Assembly (NCBI RefSeq): GCF_009914755.1
Contig: NC_060927.1
Reading direction: 5' to 3' (one strand)
Length of the DNA stretch: 64,000 nucleotides
Source of the DNA: the human T2T-CHM13v2.0 reference genome, Homo sapiens
Shown here: one piece after another, positions 29,553-48,470 of the stretch
How the letters are laid out: every line of letters starts with the position of its first letter
Numbering within the stretch: position 1 is the stretch's first letter
Translations under genes and position numbers: made by a program
Notes under the pieces: model-generated
The model's input: the letters and a program-made list of their open reading frames with translations, nothing else
Database searches by the model: none
Told to the model about the DNA's origin: nothing

Positions 29553-30022
29553 AAATAATTATCAAGAATCCAAAAGAGCTTTTGGTTTACATGAGTGATA
29601 TTTATCAATATTTGACTGTATTTAAAATTAAAACAGATAATTTTAAAACACTTTTTTATTAACTTGTTTATAAATTTCAGTAACAAATTCATTATATGTT
29701 ATCAAAATAGCATATTGCATGAAAAATATATTTTTCCAAAACAAAATTAGTGAAAGAGTAGCATTGCTTTACATTTTTGCAAATCTCTTTCATGTTTTCC
29801 TCAATAGATGACAGCTGCATTGTCCTATTCTGCTTCTGTTCTGTTGCAATATCACACATTATTTTGCCTCTAGAAAAGTCCATTGTACACTCATGAGAAA
29901 ATGAGAGTGAAAAAGGCAAATAACACTTCAGTATCATTATGATGATGGTTTTGATTTCATGGACCCCCTGAAAGGATTACCGGGGGCTTCCTCCCTGGGA
30001 ATCCCCAGGCTGAGAACCACTG
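29553..30022 (-). mobile_element. Charlie1-derived hAT element, right piece
   Basis: tgtacactcatgagaaaatgagagtgaaaaaggcaaataac ... ggaccccctgaaagg ... tgagaaccactg TIR. Confidence 0.85.
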
Positions 30023-30594
30023 TTCCTACATAAAGCCCCAAGAGGCATAAATGAGTTGATGTCATCTCATGGTTGTGCAGGAACTAAATCAGATATCTAG
30101 CACATGGCATTAATGTTTCCTGGGTCAAGGAATACTTTCCTGATGGCTGTTTTTGGCCCTTTAAGCCACAGCAATGGATAGAGATCTTCTTGAACTTTTC
30201 ATTGAGACACAAGGAGAATTGCTTCACATTCCCAATTTTCAGCTAGAACAGGACTCAGGGTTACAAGAATGGACAACCCCAGTTCTGTCCTATCTCAGAA
30301 AGGTAATGTTTGTCCCAAAATAACTGAAAGATCCCAAATATCTCTCAGGAAAGGAACACTCTCCAGCCTCACCATAGACTATCCCAAAGATAGCTCCTGA
30401 GGCTGCCTTAACTTTCTTATTAGTCTTCAAAAAAAATTGTGTATTAAGATTCAACTAATAATGACTGTACATCTATCTTGTGTCATACACTGTGCTAACC
30501 ACCTTACATGCATTTTCTTATTTAATGCAAGGACTCTAACCTTCCTCTATAAAACATTACTATTTGATGGAAACACTTTAGTGACCATTCTTTA

Positions 30595-30648
30595 ATGCAG
30601 TAATTGTTTCAACGATCCATCATGCAGTAATTGTTTCAATGATCCATC
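30595..30648. repeat. 27-bp tandem duplication
   Basis: atgcagtaattgtttcaa(c/t)gatccatc twice. Confidence 0.9.
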
Positions 30649-30719
30649 ATGGTCAAACCATCATCTAAGCTGAAAGACTGAAATGACAAAATTAAAAAAT
30701 TAATATAGAAAGTTAATAA

Positions 30720-31440
30720 GAAGAAACCCTTATAACTGTCTTCCACTCACACATCCAATCACAGATTAACTGAGACTTTTCCAATCCCTCCAGAAAATGT
30801 ATTGACTTGATACCAGCAGTATGTTGACTCTCATGACTAGTATGCACACATATGCCCTACTAATCACAGGGATTATACCAGTTGAGTTAAATTTTAAGCA
30901 GTCAGTGAAGTTTGTTTCCAAATTATTAATGTCAGTTGCACTTGTTATTATAATTATGTACTTGAATTTTATTGTATTAAAATTATGTAATGTAATTTAA
31001 TATTCTATTAACTGACTGATGAGATGAAGAAAAAAGGAGAGTTGTTTCTATGAAAGCTCAGCTTTTTCTTTTGGAAAGTTACAATAAAGTCAAGTTTCTA
31101 AAAAATACTAGAGTTGAATCACATCTGAGTGTAACAGCTTTTAAAAGACTGGAGAAAAGGTAAAATGCCAGAAGACTTACATTCTTTAATTTCTCTACAG
31201 AATGTCTTTAACATCTTGCTCAAGAAATTGAAAATTTTAGATAATTCATAATGGGTGAATTTTATACAAGGAAGACAACACAGTATTTCAATCAACAAAC
31301 TCACATGGCAAGAAAAGAATTTTGCCTTACAATGAACGATTTACAAATGAATGCTCATTTACATTGCAAATAAAAGTAAAATGTTTAAGGTACTTAATAT
31401 GTTAAAAATCGTTCCTCTTTTTAACCAACTTTTTGAGCAC
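30720..31440 (+). mobile_element. Tigger13a-like TcMar-Tigger relic
   Basis: Decayed transposase N-terminus (aagaaaaaaggagagttgtttctatgaaa ...) and end tttttaaccaactttt. Confidence 0.6.
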
Positions 31441-32269
31441 TTTTTATATGGTCACAACTGTTGAGTCCATGGAAATATTTAAGAAGATGTAACTTTTATT
31501 TGGAAGAAGGCATGTTCATAAAACAAACAGAAAATAAACAAGCTACCCCCACCAAGTGCTAGTATTGATTGCAATATTGTAAATTATAGTGTTATTATAA
31601 ATGCTATAAAAATTCCAAAAACAAACACCAACGGTTCTGCAATAGTCAGGAAGCCTCCATGAAGGAAACGGGGCATAAGCTGAGTCTTGCCAGACTGGTG
31701 GGGAGTTGTTCCTTTTTCTGTAAATTGGGACTTTCAAATGATGAAATAAGATGAATTCAATTCAATAAAAATCTGGCATTACTTCGTGGTCACATCTTAC
31801 CTTCTCATTGCTCTATAATTTCCATCCACCAAAATCTAGCAACTAATAACATACCTTATAGTCGCTGCTTGTTTATTTCCACCTCTCAAATTCCCATCTT
31901 ACTGTTTTCCCTGTGAAAATTTCCCTTCATTAAATCTTTAATAACTTTTAGTTTGCCAATTCCAAAGGACTCAACCTCTGGCCATTTACAATTTGGACAT
32001 CTTTTTCCTAGCCTTTATTGCTTTTTTCCCTAATTACAAAAAGATGTTCAAATAGCAGAGTAACTGTTCTAAAGATTTTATGATGCAAGTATTGAAAGAA
32101 ACAACAAACTTACTCTAGTATATTCCACTTTTAGAAAACTATTCCTGGAATCCACATCACCGAGCCTCTTGAGTTCAAAAAAATTTTAAGTGCTATCAGG
32201 AAAGATAGGTAGAAACAAAAATTTCAGTGTTGTCTGTGCATATTCTTTTTATTTCCACACTTTTCATAT

Positions 32270-32620
32270 TCTTCTCCTGGCTGTCAAAGGGTGGCTGTCT
32301 CCCTTCTTTCAAATGTCACATTAACTATCACCACCTGACAGAGGATTTGCTCAACCCACCAGCTCATCTAAGTACTGCCTGCCTCCACCATATTATTTGG
32401 TGTCACAGCGTACTCATACCCTGCTTATCTCCTTCTGAGCAGTTATCACCATCTAATTATTTTTATTTACCTATTTACTTGTTAAGTGTTTCCATTTTTT
32501 CTAGATTTTAAATGCTAGGAGAGCAGGGAGCATATCTGTTTCATTTACAAATACCTACACAGAGTTCTGCCTAGTGCCTAGCATGTAATATACTCAATAA
32601 ACATTGAGTGAATGAATGAT
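32270..32620 (+). mobile_element. L2 3' terminus
   Basis: gagagcagggagcatatctgtttcatt ... tagtgcctagcatgtaatatactcaataaac ... gaatgaatga. Confidence 0.75.
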
Positions 32621-33486
32621 TTTGCAAAGCAGTCACTTTTAACTCTTTGGTGAATGCATTTTGAGAATTTTTCCTAGGAGAGCACATATATATATATTTT
32701 TTTCTTTACCAAAAAAAACCATGTTATGCATATTGTTTATCTATGTTGTTCACCTAAAATATCTCATAAACATCTGTCTGTGGCAGAAATTGCTTATCTT
32801 CATCCTCATTTGAACGCAGCAGAGGTCTCCAATATACGGAAGCTAACCAATTTTCTCTTTTTGAGCATTCAGAGTGGTTTTTAACTAACTCAGACATAGG
32901 TAGCCTCTGTTTTCTGAATGTGAAAGAAATATTGTCATGCTCTCGTAAGTTCCAAAATAACTATAAAAAAAAGAAATATTCATTCTCTTTTAAGACCATT
33001 CATTAACTGTAGTAAATTTCTCTTTTTACATTATGTTATCTAAGAACTCTTGTTTCTATCCCTTCCTACTTACCAAAATTATCGTACATTCTATTTTAGT
33101 ATAGCTCTTCTGTGTGTTACTTCATTTCTCATATTATTTCAACAGTAGAGAAAAAAATAGTCATTTCCCCTATCAAACTGCAAGAATTTTCTACTCAAAC
33201 TACACCATTTTTACTCAAACAGCAACACATCTTATTAACACTTATTCTATATGCCTCTCTTCCCCCTGTATTTTTTTTTATTATTATACTTTAAGTTCTA
33301 GGGCACAAGTGTACAACGTGCAGGTTTGATGCATAGGTATACATGTGCCATGTTGGTTTGCCGCACCCATCAACTCGTCATTCACATTAGGTATTTCTCC
33401 TAACGCTATCCCTCCCTCAGGCCCCAACCCTACAACAGGCCCCGGTGTGTGATGTACCCTGCCCTGTGTCCAAGTGTTCTCATCAT

Positions 33487-37298
<3,812 letters not shown>

Positions 37299-37361
37299 TA
37301 TGATGTTAGCTGGTTATTTTGCTCGTTAGTTGATGCAGTTTCTTCCTAGCATTGATGGTCT

Positions 37362-38382
37362 TTACAATTTGGCATGTTTTTGCAGTGGCTGCTACTGGTT
37401 GTTTCTTTCCATATTTAGTGCTTCTTTCAGGAGCTCTTGTAAGGCAAGCCTGGTGGTGACAAAATCTCTCAGCATTTGCTTGTCTGTAAAGGATTTTATT
37501 TCTCCTTCACTTATGAAGCTTAGTTTGGCTGGATATGAAATTCTGGGTTGAAAATTCTTTTCTTTAAGAATGTTGAATATTGGCCCCCACTCTCTTCTGG
37601 CTTGGTTTCTGCAGACAGATTCACTTTTAGTCTGATGGGTTTCCTTTTGTGGGTAACCCAACCTTTCTCTCTGGCTGCCCTTAAAATTTTTTCCTTCATT
37701 TCAACCTTGGTGAATCTGACAATTATATGTCTTGGGGTTGCTCTTCTCGAGGAGTATCTTTGTGGTGTTCTCTGTATTTCCTGAATTCGAATGTTGGCCT
37801 GCCTTGCTAGGTTGGGGGAGTTCTCCTGGATAATATCCTGAAGAGTGTTTTCTAACTTGGTTCCATTCACCCCATCATTTTCAGATACATCAATCAAACG
37901 TAGATTTGGTCTTTTCCCATAGTCCCATATTTCTTGGAGGCTTTGTTCATTTCTTTTTACTCTTTTTTCTCTAACCTTGTTTTCTCGCTTCATTTCATTA
38001 ATTTGATTTTCGATCACGATACCCTTTCTTCCACTTGATCAAATCGGCTATTGAAGCTTGTGCATGCCTCACAAAGTTCTCATGCCATGGTTTTCAGCTC
38101 CATCAGGTCACTGAAGGTCTTCTCTACACTGTTTATTCTAGTTAGCCATTCATCTAACCTTTTTTCAAGGTTTTTAGCTTCCTAGTGATGGGTTTGAACA
38201 TGCTCCTTTAGCTTGGAGAAGTCTGTTATTACCCACCTTCTGAAGCCTACTTCTGTCAACCCGTCAAAATCATTCTCCATCCAGCTTTGTTCCATTGCTG
38301 GTGAGGAGCTGCGATCCTTTGCAGGAGAAGAGGCACTCTGGTTTTTAGAATTTTCAGCTTTTCTGCTCTGGTTTCTCTCCAT
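37362..38382 (-). pseudogene. L1 ORF1p remnant, disrupted
   Basis: MERNQSRKAENSKNQSAS ..., RNEQSLQEIWDY, RISYPAKLSF in different frames. Confidence 0.95.
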
Positions 38383-39387
38383 CTTTGTGGTTTTATCTAC
38401 CTTTGGTCTTTGATGTTGGTGACCTACAGATGGGGTTTTGGTGTAGATGTCCTTTTTGTTGATGTTGGTGCTATTCCTTTCTGTTTGTTAGTTTTCCTTC
38501 TAACAGTCAGGTCCCTCAGCTGCAGGTCTGTTGGAGTTTGCTGGAGGTCCACTCCAGACCCTGTTTGCCTGGATATCACCAGCAGAAGCTGCAGAACAGC
38601 CAATATTGCAGAAGGGCAAATATTGCTGCCTGATCCTTCCTCTGGAAGCTTCATCCCAGAAGGGCTCCTGCCTATATGAGTTGTCTGTCGGCCCCTACTG
38701 GGAGCTGTCTCCCAGTTAGGCTACACGGGGGTCAGGGACCCACTTGAGGAGGCAGTCTGTCCATTCTCATTCTCAGAGCTCAACCACTGCTCTGGGAGAA
38801 CAACTGCTCTCTTCAAGCTGTCAGACAGGGACGTTTAAGTCTGCAGAAGCTGTCTGCTGCCTTTTGTTCAAATATGACCTGCCCACAGAGGTGGAGTCTA
38901 TAGAGGCAGTAAGCTGTGCTGAGCTGTGGTGGGCTCCACCCAGTTCAAGCTTCCTGGCCTCTTTGTTTACCTATTCAAGCCTCAGCAATGGTGGACGCCC
39001 CTCCCCCATCCAGGCTGCCACCTCGAAGTTTGATCTCAGACTGCTGCAATAGCAGTGAGCAAGGCTCCATGGGCGTGGGACCTGCCAAGCCAGGCATAAG
39101 GGAGAATCTCCTTGTCTGCCAGCTGCTAAGACCTTGGGAAAAGTGCATTATTCAGGCAGGAGTGTCCCGTTTTTCCAGGTACAGCCTGTCCTGGCTTCCC
39201 TTGGCTAGGAAAGGGAAATCCCCCAACCCCTTGCACTTCCTGGGTGAGACGACACCCCACCCTGCTTCGGCTCATGCTCCATGGGCTGTACACACTGTCC
39301 AAACTGGTTGGACCCATCTTCTGCATCAATCACGCTGGGAGCTGCAGACTGGAGCTGTTCCTATTCGGCCATCTTGGAATGGATCCC
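38383..39387. promoter_or_regulatory. L1 5' UTR with sense (leftward) and antisense (rightward) promoter region
   Basis: YY1 motif intact; segment 38539-38667 that younger L1s lack is present; ~40-bp net deletion near 39303-39311. Confidence 0.7.
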
Positions 39388-39506
39388 TTCCCTCTACTAT
39401 ATTAATCATTAAATTTTCTTCTTCACATTTTAACACTTCCATGGAATTTTTTTTTAATTTTCATAGAGTACTCTTCCCCTTGTCTGACTTCTCTCAAGAA
39501 TACTAA
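38988..39506 (+). CDS. ORF0: L1 ORF0 homolog extended to 172 aa by read-through into flanking DNA (expression unknown)
   Basis: GCAATGG Kozak; MVDAPPPSRLPPRSLISDCC... matches ORF0 N-terminus; no stop until 39504-39506. Confidence 0.4.
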   Translation: MVDAPPPSRLPPRSLISDCCNSSEQGSMGVGPAKPGIRENLLVCQLLRPWEKCIIQAGVSRFSRYSLSWLPLARKGKSPNPLHFLGETTPHPASAHAPWAVHTVQTGWTHLLHQSRWELQTGAVPIRPSWNGSLPSTILIIKFSSSHFNTSMEFFFNFHRVLFPLSDFSQEY

Positions 39507-40499
39507 GGTGAAGTCTATATTTATAAGAATTATGCCCAGTATTTCTACCATACTATTTTTTTCTAAATACAGTATTTTTTTTATTTTGTGCTATATCAAT
39601 GGATTAATTACGACTTAAGTCACTATCTCTAAGTCCCAGATGAGTTATTCATTAATTTCCTTAAATACCCAACGAAACTCTTTGACATCTCTCTGATCTA
39701 GACTCTCCCTTAATGACTCTGTTCTCCACTTCTTACATACTTTCCGTTTTTCTTATGTCACTTCTATAATTAGAAAGAACACTGGGGCTACAAAATGTGG
39801 TCTTTAAACACCCAAAGGGCAAAAGCAAACATTCCATGAGAGTCAAAGAGAAACTGAAGCACCAAAAAAAGAACGATGACTTAGCCAAATTAACTCCCCC
39901 AGGAAATTATTTAAACTATTATGAAAGTGTTTTATAGTATGATAAGAGTAAAAAGCAAAAATGAAAAGACAGATATTCTGCTGCAAATTTTCTCTTGTAG
40001 TTAGGTAGATACATAAATATAGACAACTAGATGATAATTATCATATCAAGAAATGCTATTATACCCAAGCACATGGAGAAATTCCTGCCAATTTGGAATG
40101 TGAAACAAATTTAGTACAATAGAGCAATGTGCATATTGTCCTGCTGGAAAACTATTTGTTTAAACTAGGAAGTGGTAAATGACATCACATACACAAGGTT
40201 GATGGGTAAAATCACTTGCTGTGGAACCATGAAGATGGTAAATCCAGCACCACCCAAAAGGTGGACGCAAGGACTGCTCCTTGCACAGAAATCCTCCATC
40301 CACTAAGAAATGCCTTGCTTTTCATTTTTTCTCTCAAAGGAAACTTTCTCTTTTCTTTAATATCTCCATTTAGGCCAAAATATAAAATGTATCTACTTTC
40401 TTGCTTTTTTCAGCTATTCCTCGCTCATTAAGTTTCCTACTAAACATGTTATTGATTTTTAAAGTTCTAATAATTATATGAGTACTTTAGCTACTAAAA

Positions 40500-40720
40500 T
40501 AGCCACCATTTTTTGAACTCCCACTATGTACCAGGCAATAGTAAGCATTTTCTATAAATAGCATTTTTTTATTCACAGAACAACTATATGAAGCAGAAAT
40601 TATCCTGATTTTTACAGGAGAAGAAACTGAGCCTTAGGTGAAGGAACTTTGTCAAGGTCTCCCAGTTATTAAGGGGCAGAGGAAGACTTGAAACTCAGGT
40701 CTGATTTTCAACACATATAT
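40500..40720 (-). mobile_element. MIR SINE
   Basis: actatgtaccaggc ... tttacaggagaagaaactgag ... ttgaaactcaggtctg. Confidence 0.8.
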
Positions 40721-40747
40721 ATTTTCCACATTATTCTGCCTTGTCTA

Positions 40748-41122
<375 letters not shown>

Positions 41123-42039
41123 TCAATGACATGAAAAAGCAGGCTTAATTCATTTTGTTGTCATTGAACCAATTCAAAACAATTACATACAATTTAAATT
41201 TGTAAGGAAAACATAAATTTATAAAATGAATGCTTTATGCCTTTGGAATGCATATGATATTGATAATGATCCATTGCTATCTGAGTTTTAAATTTTGCCA
41301 TTTTTCTGCCTGAATCATTTGGAGATCAGGTAGAAGTTCAAGCCAAATTTTATTGAAAAATAGGCAAAAATTTCATCTATATTCACTAACCCCTAAAGAA
41401 GCTGAAATTTTCCCTTACCATTGATCCATTGCAGATTTTTTATCATGTTCCCTCGTACTAAATCAAAATAAATGAGGCCATGTCTAGCAGTTAAGCACTC
41501 ACTGTCCAGATGTTTGCACTCAAGTGCACCCAGCTAAAAGTAGATAAGATTCATGTTCAAAATCCTTCTAGAAATACTTCCTCATTTAGTGCTAGTTTAA
41601 TGTGAAAAGTGCTAAGCCATATCTTATATTGTAGAATTGCCTTCTTCTAACAATAGAGAAACATTTTATTAACCAGCCAAATTATTTTCCACCTACTGGA
41701 AAGTCTCTCGTAAAATTATTCCCCCTAGTGATAACAAGAGCTGGAGCCAATGCCAATCCTCTGAAATGATAGCCACAATAATCCACTACAAAAATGATTA
41801 CATGAAGTTTGCTTTTAGGAAATAATGCAAAAGTAAAAATTACTCAAATTAAACAATTGATGATTTCCCATTACAACCATCCACAGAAATATTTATGATG
41901 AATATCTTCACTATATTTAGAGTGGTAAAATGCTCCTCTCTAATTATAATAACTAAACCATTCCATCACTGGAAGAATACTGTGGCTAATGTCAACATTA
42001 TACAGTGAATCTTAGCATTACAAAACACCAGTGAGTTCT

Positions 42040-42660
42040 ACAAACTTCTATTTGTAAAAATTGAACTATGTTAGGCACCATGAGGCATAGAAAGATAAAC
42101 AAGAGATTCTACCTGCCATTCAGGTGTCTATTAGAAGGATTCTTAAAATCTGTGCACTAAAAATTTAACAAAAAATTGTTAAATATATACGAGAGGCACA
42201 AAGAAAATGCCATGAAAAACCGAAGTGTTTGTTTCAGGTGAGAAAAAATCAACAAAAACATAATGAAAGAGTTAGTGTATGTGCCTCCACTTTCAGTTTG
42301 GGTAGGCTGTCAAGAGGTGAAGAGGAGGATAGAACAATGTGGGCAGAATAGGTAAACAGGAGAGGAAGAGACAGGTTTGACTAAGGCCTCAAATTACAAA
42401 AGGGACAGACATACATAAGGAATCTGAATACAAATGTAGACATTATAAGATCACTCCGGAAACGGAAGAAGCTTGAGAGGTTCTCATTTTCCTTTGAGTC
42501 CTTTGAGCAAGAAGTATATGCTCTAACTTATCCTTAAAGAAGTCACTGCACAAAGGGCCAAGATCAATAATCTGGAGAGATGACAGACTGGCAAAAAGAC
42601 TCCTGCGATTGTAAAAGTCAAAGGTGTAGAAAACCTAAAATAAGGCAATGACCAAACATA
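42040..42660 (-). mobile_element. L2 remnant
   Basis: actatgttaggcacc ... cctgccattcagg ... ctttgagcaag motifs; very diverged. Confidence 0.45.
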
Positions 42661-42956
42661 ATATTATAAGCCACTTAATCTTCCCATATCTCAGTTTATC
42701 AGTTTGCTAAATACAGACAATACATATGTTACATCCTACAAATAATTGAAACATTAGCAATGAAAAGTTTATTAACTAAATTCAAAAATTCAAAACAATG
42801 CATATCAAATTTAGATTCACCACAAAAAAACTTAACACTACTTAGAAATTTAGTTTGGTATATCTATAAAGAGCTTTTAACATTCATAATTTTCTAAAAC
42901 AATGCTAAACTCATTTTGAAACTGAATTAAAGGTAACTTTTAAAAAATTACATATT

Positions 42957-43262
<306 letters not shown>

Positions 43263-43789
43263 TTAAGTGTGCTTAAATTCTCTCAAGCTAATATTTAGTA
43301 TTCATCTTATTGCAGTAAAAGTTGTTCACATTTTAGCAAGAGCTTTGGAAAATAGCGCTATTCAAACTGATGCATTTTTTTTAGCATTGGAGTTGCTCAG
43401 CTGAAAATGTATGTATTTGGAGTTTTTATTTTTATATATAAATAATTTGTATATTTGAATTTCTATCCTCTTCAGTTCCTGTGGTATGCCACAAATGTTT
43501 GGTAAGATTTAAAGTGTTAAATCTTTAAGATACTAGATGATCTTAGAAGTGGAAATCTATTATACATTTGTGAACTAACAATTAGTCTATGTAACTACAA
43601 ATTAATATGAAATTGCCGGTTCAGTTACTGGGAGTATAAATGTTAGAAAAAATACTGAAATGCTTTGCAAAGTGGCTTATGAGTTTAAACCTGCTAGTGA
43701 TTTTTCAAAAGGTGAATAGGAATAATTCTTTCTCTCACTTCATCTTGTTATAACAAGAATAAAAATTCCACAACAGTAATGACCATTTA

Positions 43790-44870
<1,081 letters not shown>

Positions 44871-44889
44871 AAATGAGATGTTTTTCACA

Positions 44890-45357
44890 ACTATTACTCA
44901 AGGTCCTGGCAAAAAACAGATGGCACACTCAAGCAGGGTGACTGGAGGAGTTTAATAAGAGTACATTTTACAAAAGTGTGGACAAGGCTAAGGGAAAATC
45001 AGCCAAAGGTGATGAAGCACCCCAGGGCTAGCAACAGCCCAGCAGAGATCCATTTCCCACCCTAGGTCAGAATGGAAAAGGGTGGGAGAAGTTGCTGGAA
45101 TCTAGAATGAGTAGAGACCACCAGATAGAAGCTATAGCCTTTGGTAGAAGGATACAGCCCACCCACCAACAACCTGGCAGAAAGGAGGCAAAGGAATAAT
45201 TGCTTTGACCTCACTCTGCTTCCATGTGTGCTTGTCCCACCAATGGCTCCATTGGCTGACCCGTAAGGAAGCCAGAGGTCACAGAGCCCACAAATGCTCC
45301 AAAGGGCAGGGTGGGGAAGGGTGGGGAGTACATTTGGAGGTGGAAATGGAAAACTCG
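44890..45357 (-). mobile_element. LTR41-type (ERVL) solo LTR
   Basis: aaacagatggcacactcaa ... ccccagggctagcaacagc ... ccattggctg ... gaagccagagg. Confidence 0.65.
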
Positions 45358-46599
45358 TCATTGGAAAATATTAAAAGAATGATTTATCAGTGCCAGAGAG
45401 GGTGTGGCGAACTGGGGATTCATGGGAGTACATGTTTGTGGTTGCAGAAATATTTCCACCCTTCGGGAGGTTAAGTTGACAACATGAAATGTCAATATCC
45501 TGCAACCTACAAATTCTACTTCAAAGGATCTATCATTCAAAAATAGTCAATGAACTAGTATGTGTGTGTATACATACCTGTGTATATGTATATGTCTGTA
45601 TATATACACATGTATATTCATCACAGCATTGTTTATTACAATGAAACTTTTGTAATAACCTAAATGTCTATCAGTAGGAAGTTGGTTAAATATATTATTG
45701 TATTTATAAACTGGACGACTGTGCTGACATTAAAATTGATTATTTAGGCTTATGTATCTTAATAAGGAAAGATGATCATAATAAGTCATTAAATGACAAA
45801 ATTAACACATAGGGGCAAAAAAGAAATCTAAAGGGATATGTACCTAGTGGAAGTGGCAAAACTGTGGGTTGTTTCGGTTTATTACTTGTATTCCTGGTTA
45901 TGTGTGTGTTTTTCAATTTTTTCAAACAATAAACATGAATTACTGCTTAGTGGTTGATGGTGTGTTTTAGAAAAAAAGACGAAAATTTTTTAATGTGAAA
46001 GTAACTCTAACAGTAGATATTTTGGGCTTTTTTCAATTTGGTTTCTTTCTTGTTTCAAAAGAAAAATGTGTGCCCTTTATTAACCAAGAAAACTAGATAG
46101 AGCTCTGTACCAGGGTAAATGAGGGCCTCTGTAATAAAAAGCCTGGGTAATGGAGAGCTATAAATATTTATAAGAGAATTGTATTTGGTAAGGAAAGATG
46201 TTTCTAATGATTTTTTTAAAGTACATTATAGAGTTGCTTCAGCCACAAAAATGACAGGCTCACCACTCATCAAACTCATCTTTTTTTTTCAACTTCTAAA
46301 ATACACTGTCAACCTCACAGCATGAAGCCCATTATAAATTGCAGTCCTAGTTTTACATTAATATCAAAATAAGACTAACAAAATTTAAGTGTCAAGCTCT
46401 ATACTGCACATAGTATTATTTATGTTTTATAGAGAAACTGAGGTTTTTTAAAATCCCTCAATATCAATTAGATTAACTGGTTGTTCTTAGCTATTAGTAG
46501 AAGGCAATTTATTCACAGAGATAATCAGAAAATTAGTCTATGAAATAAAAGTATGTCCCATTCTGTGAGCTGCATTAAAAAACACAATGTCTGCCTTCA

Positions 46600-46670
46600 A
46601 GTTAAAAATGACAAGTGACCAAATACATTTCTCTCTTCTTCCTCCTAGGACCCTACTAATAATAGTGAAG
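46600..46670 (+). mobile_element. HAL1-like 5' end (appears to continue at ~53570-53760 after the L1)
   Basis: cttcctcctaggaccctactaa ... then aaagagaacagg ... tggaagatggaaag resemble recalled HAL1 5' sequence. Confidence 0.45.
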
Positions 46671-48117
46671 ATATATAAATATATATATACAGACTCAGGC
46701 ATTGGGCAACCAAACACTCATATATATATATATATGAACTAAACTGATGGGTCAGAAGGGATCCCCCCGCACAGCACAGCTGCACTACCAAAACAGCCAG
46801 ACTGCCTCTTTAAGCAGGCCCCTGATCCATTCCTCCTCACTGGATGGGACCTCCCAACCAAGGTCTCCAGCCACCCTTGCCCATGTTTTCTGGCCAGGGA
46901 TTTGATTTCTCCCTGGGACAGAGTCCCAAGAGGGAGGGGTGGGCCACCATCTTTGCTGTTTTCACAACTTAGATGTTCCAGTCTGTGGCCTTGGAAGATC
47001 CCAAGCCAGCCAGGGGTGGAAGTGGTGCCCCAGCACACTTGCTCTACCAAAGAGTGGCTAGACTGCTTATTTAAGTGAGTCCCCAATCCCATTCCTCCTG
47101 ACTGGGTAAGACCTCCAAATTGGGGTCTCCATCTGCCTCCTACAGGTGTGTTCAGGCCAGCAACATGTCTGTACCCCCGCTGGGACAGAGCCCCCAGAGG
47201 AAGGAGTAGGCTGCCATCTTTGCTGTTTCACAGCCATCACTGGTGATACCTCCAGGTACTGGAAAAACTGAGGTAACTAGAGCAGATCCCCAGCAAACCA
47301 CAGCAGCCCCGTGGAAAAGCGGCCATACTTCTAAAAGGGAAAAAAAAAATCCTCATCCAACAACCTCAAGATTGAAGGTAGATAAGCCCACAAAGATGAG
47401 AAAGAATCAGCACAGGAACACTAAAAACTCAAAGAGCCAGAGTGCCCACTTTCCTCCAAATGACCACATCATCTCTCCAGCAAGGGTTTGGAACTGGGCT
47501 GAGGCTGAGATAGCTGAAATAACAGAAGTAGAATTCAGAATGTGGATGAAAATAAACTTCAGTGAGCTAAAGGAGCACATTGTAACCCAATGCAAGCCAA
47601 AAACCATGATAAAGCATTGCAGGGGCTGACAGATAAAATAGCCAGTATAAAGAAGAACATAACCAACCTGATAGAACTGAAAAACACACTACAAGAATTT
47701 CATAATGCAATTACAAGTATTAATGGCAGAATAAACTAAGTAGAGGAAAGAATCTCAGAACTTCAGGACTGTCTTTCTGAAATAAGACAGGCAGACAAGA
47801 ACAAAGAAAAAAGAAGAAAAATGAAGGAACAAAACCTCTGAAAAATATGGGATTAAGTAAAAAGACCAAATCTACAACTGATTGGGGTAGCTAAAAGAGA
47901 AGGGAGAATGGAACCAATTTGGAAAACATATTTCAAGATGTCATCCATGAGAACTTCCCCAACCTGGCTAGACAGGCCAAAATTCAAATTCAGGAAATGC
48001 AAAGAACCCCAGTAAGATACTCCATGAGAAGATCATCCTCAAGACACATAATTATCAGATTCTCCAAAGCTGAAATGAAAGAAAAAACTGTTAAGGGCAG
48101 CCAGAGAGAAAGGCTAG

Positions 48118-48470
<353 letters not shown>

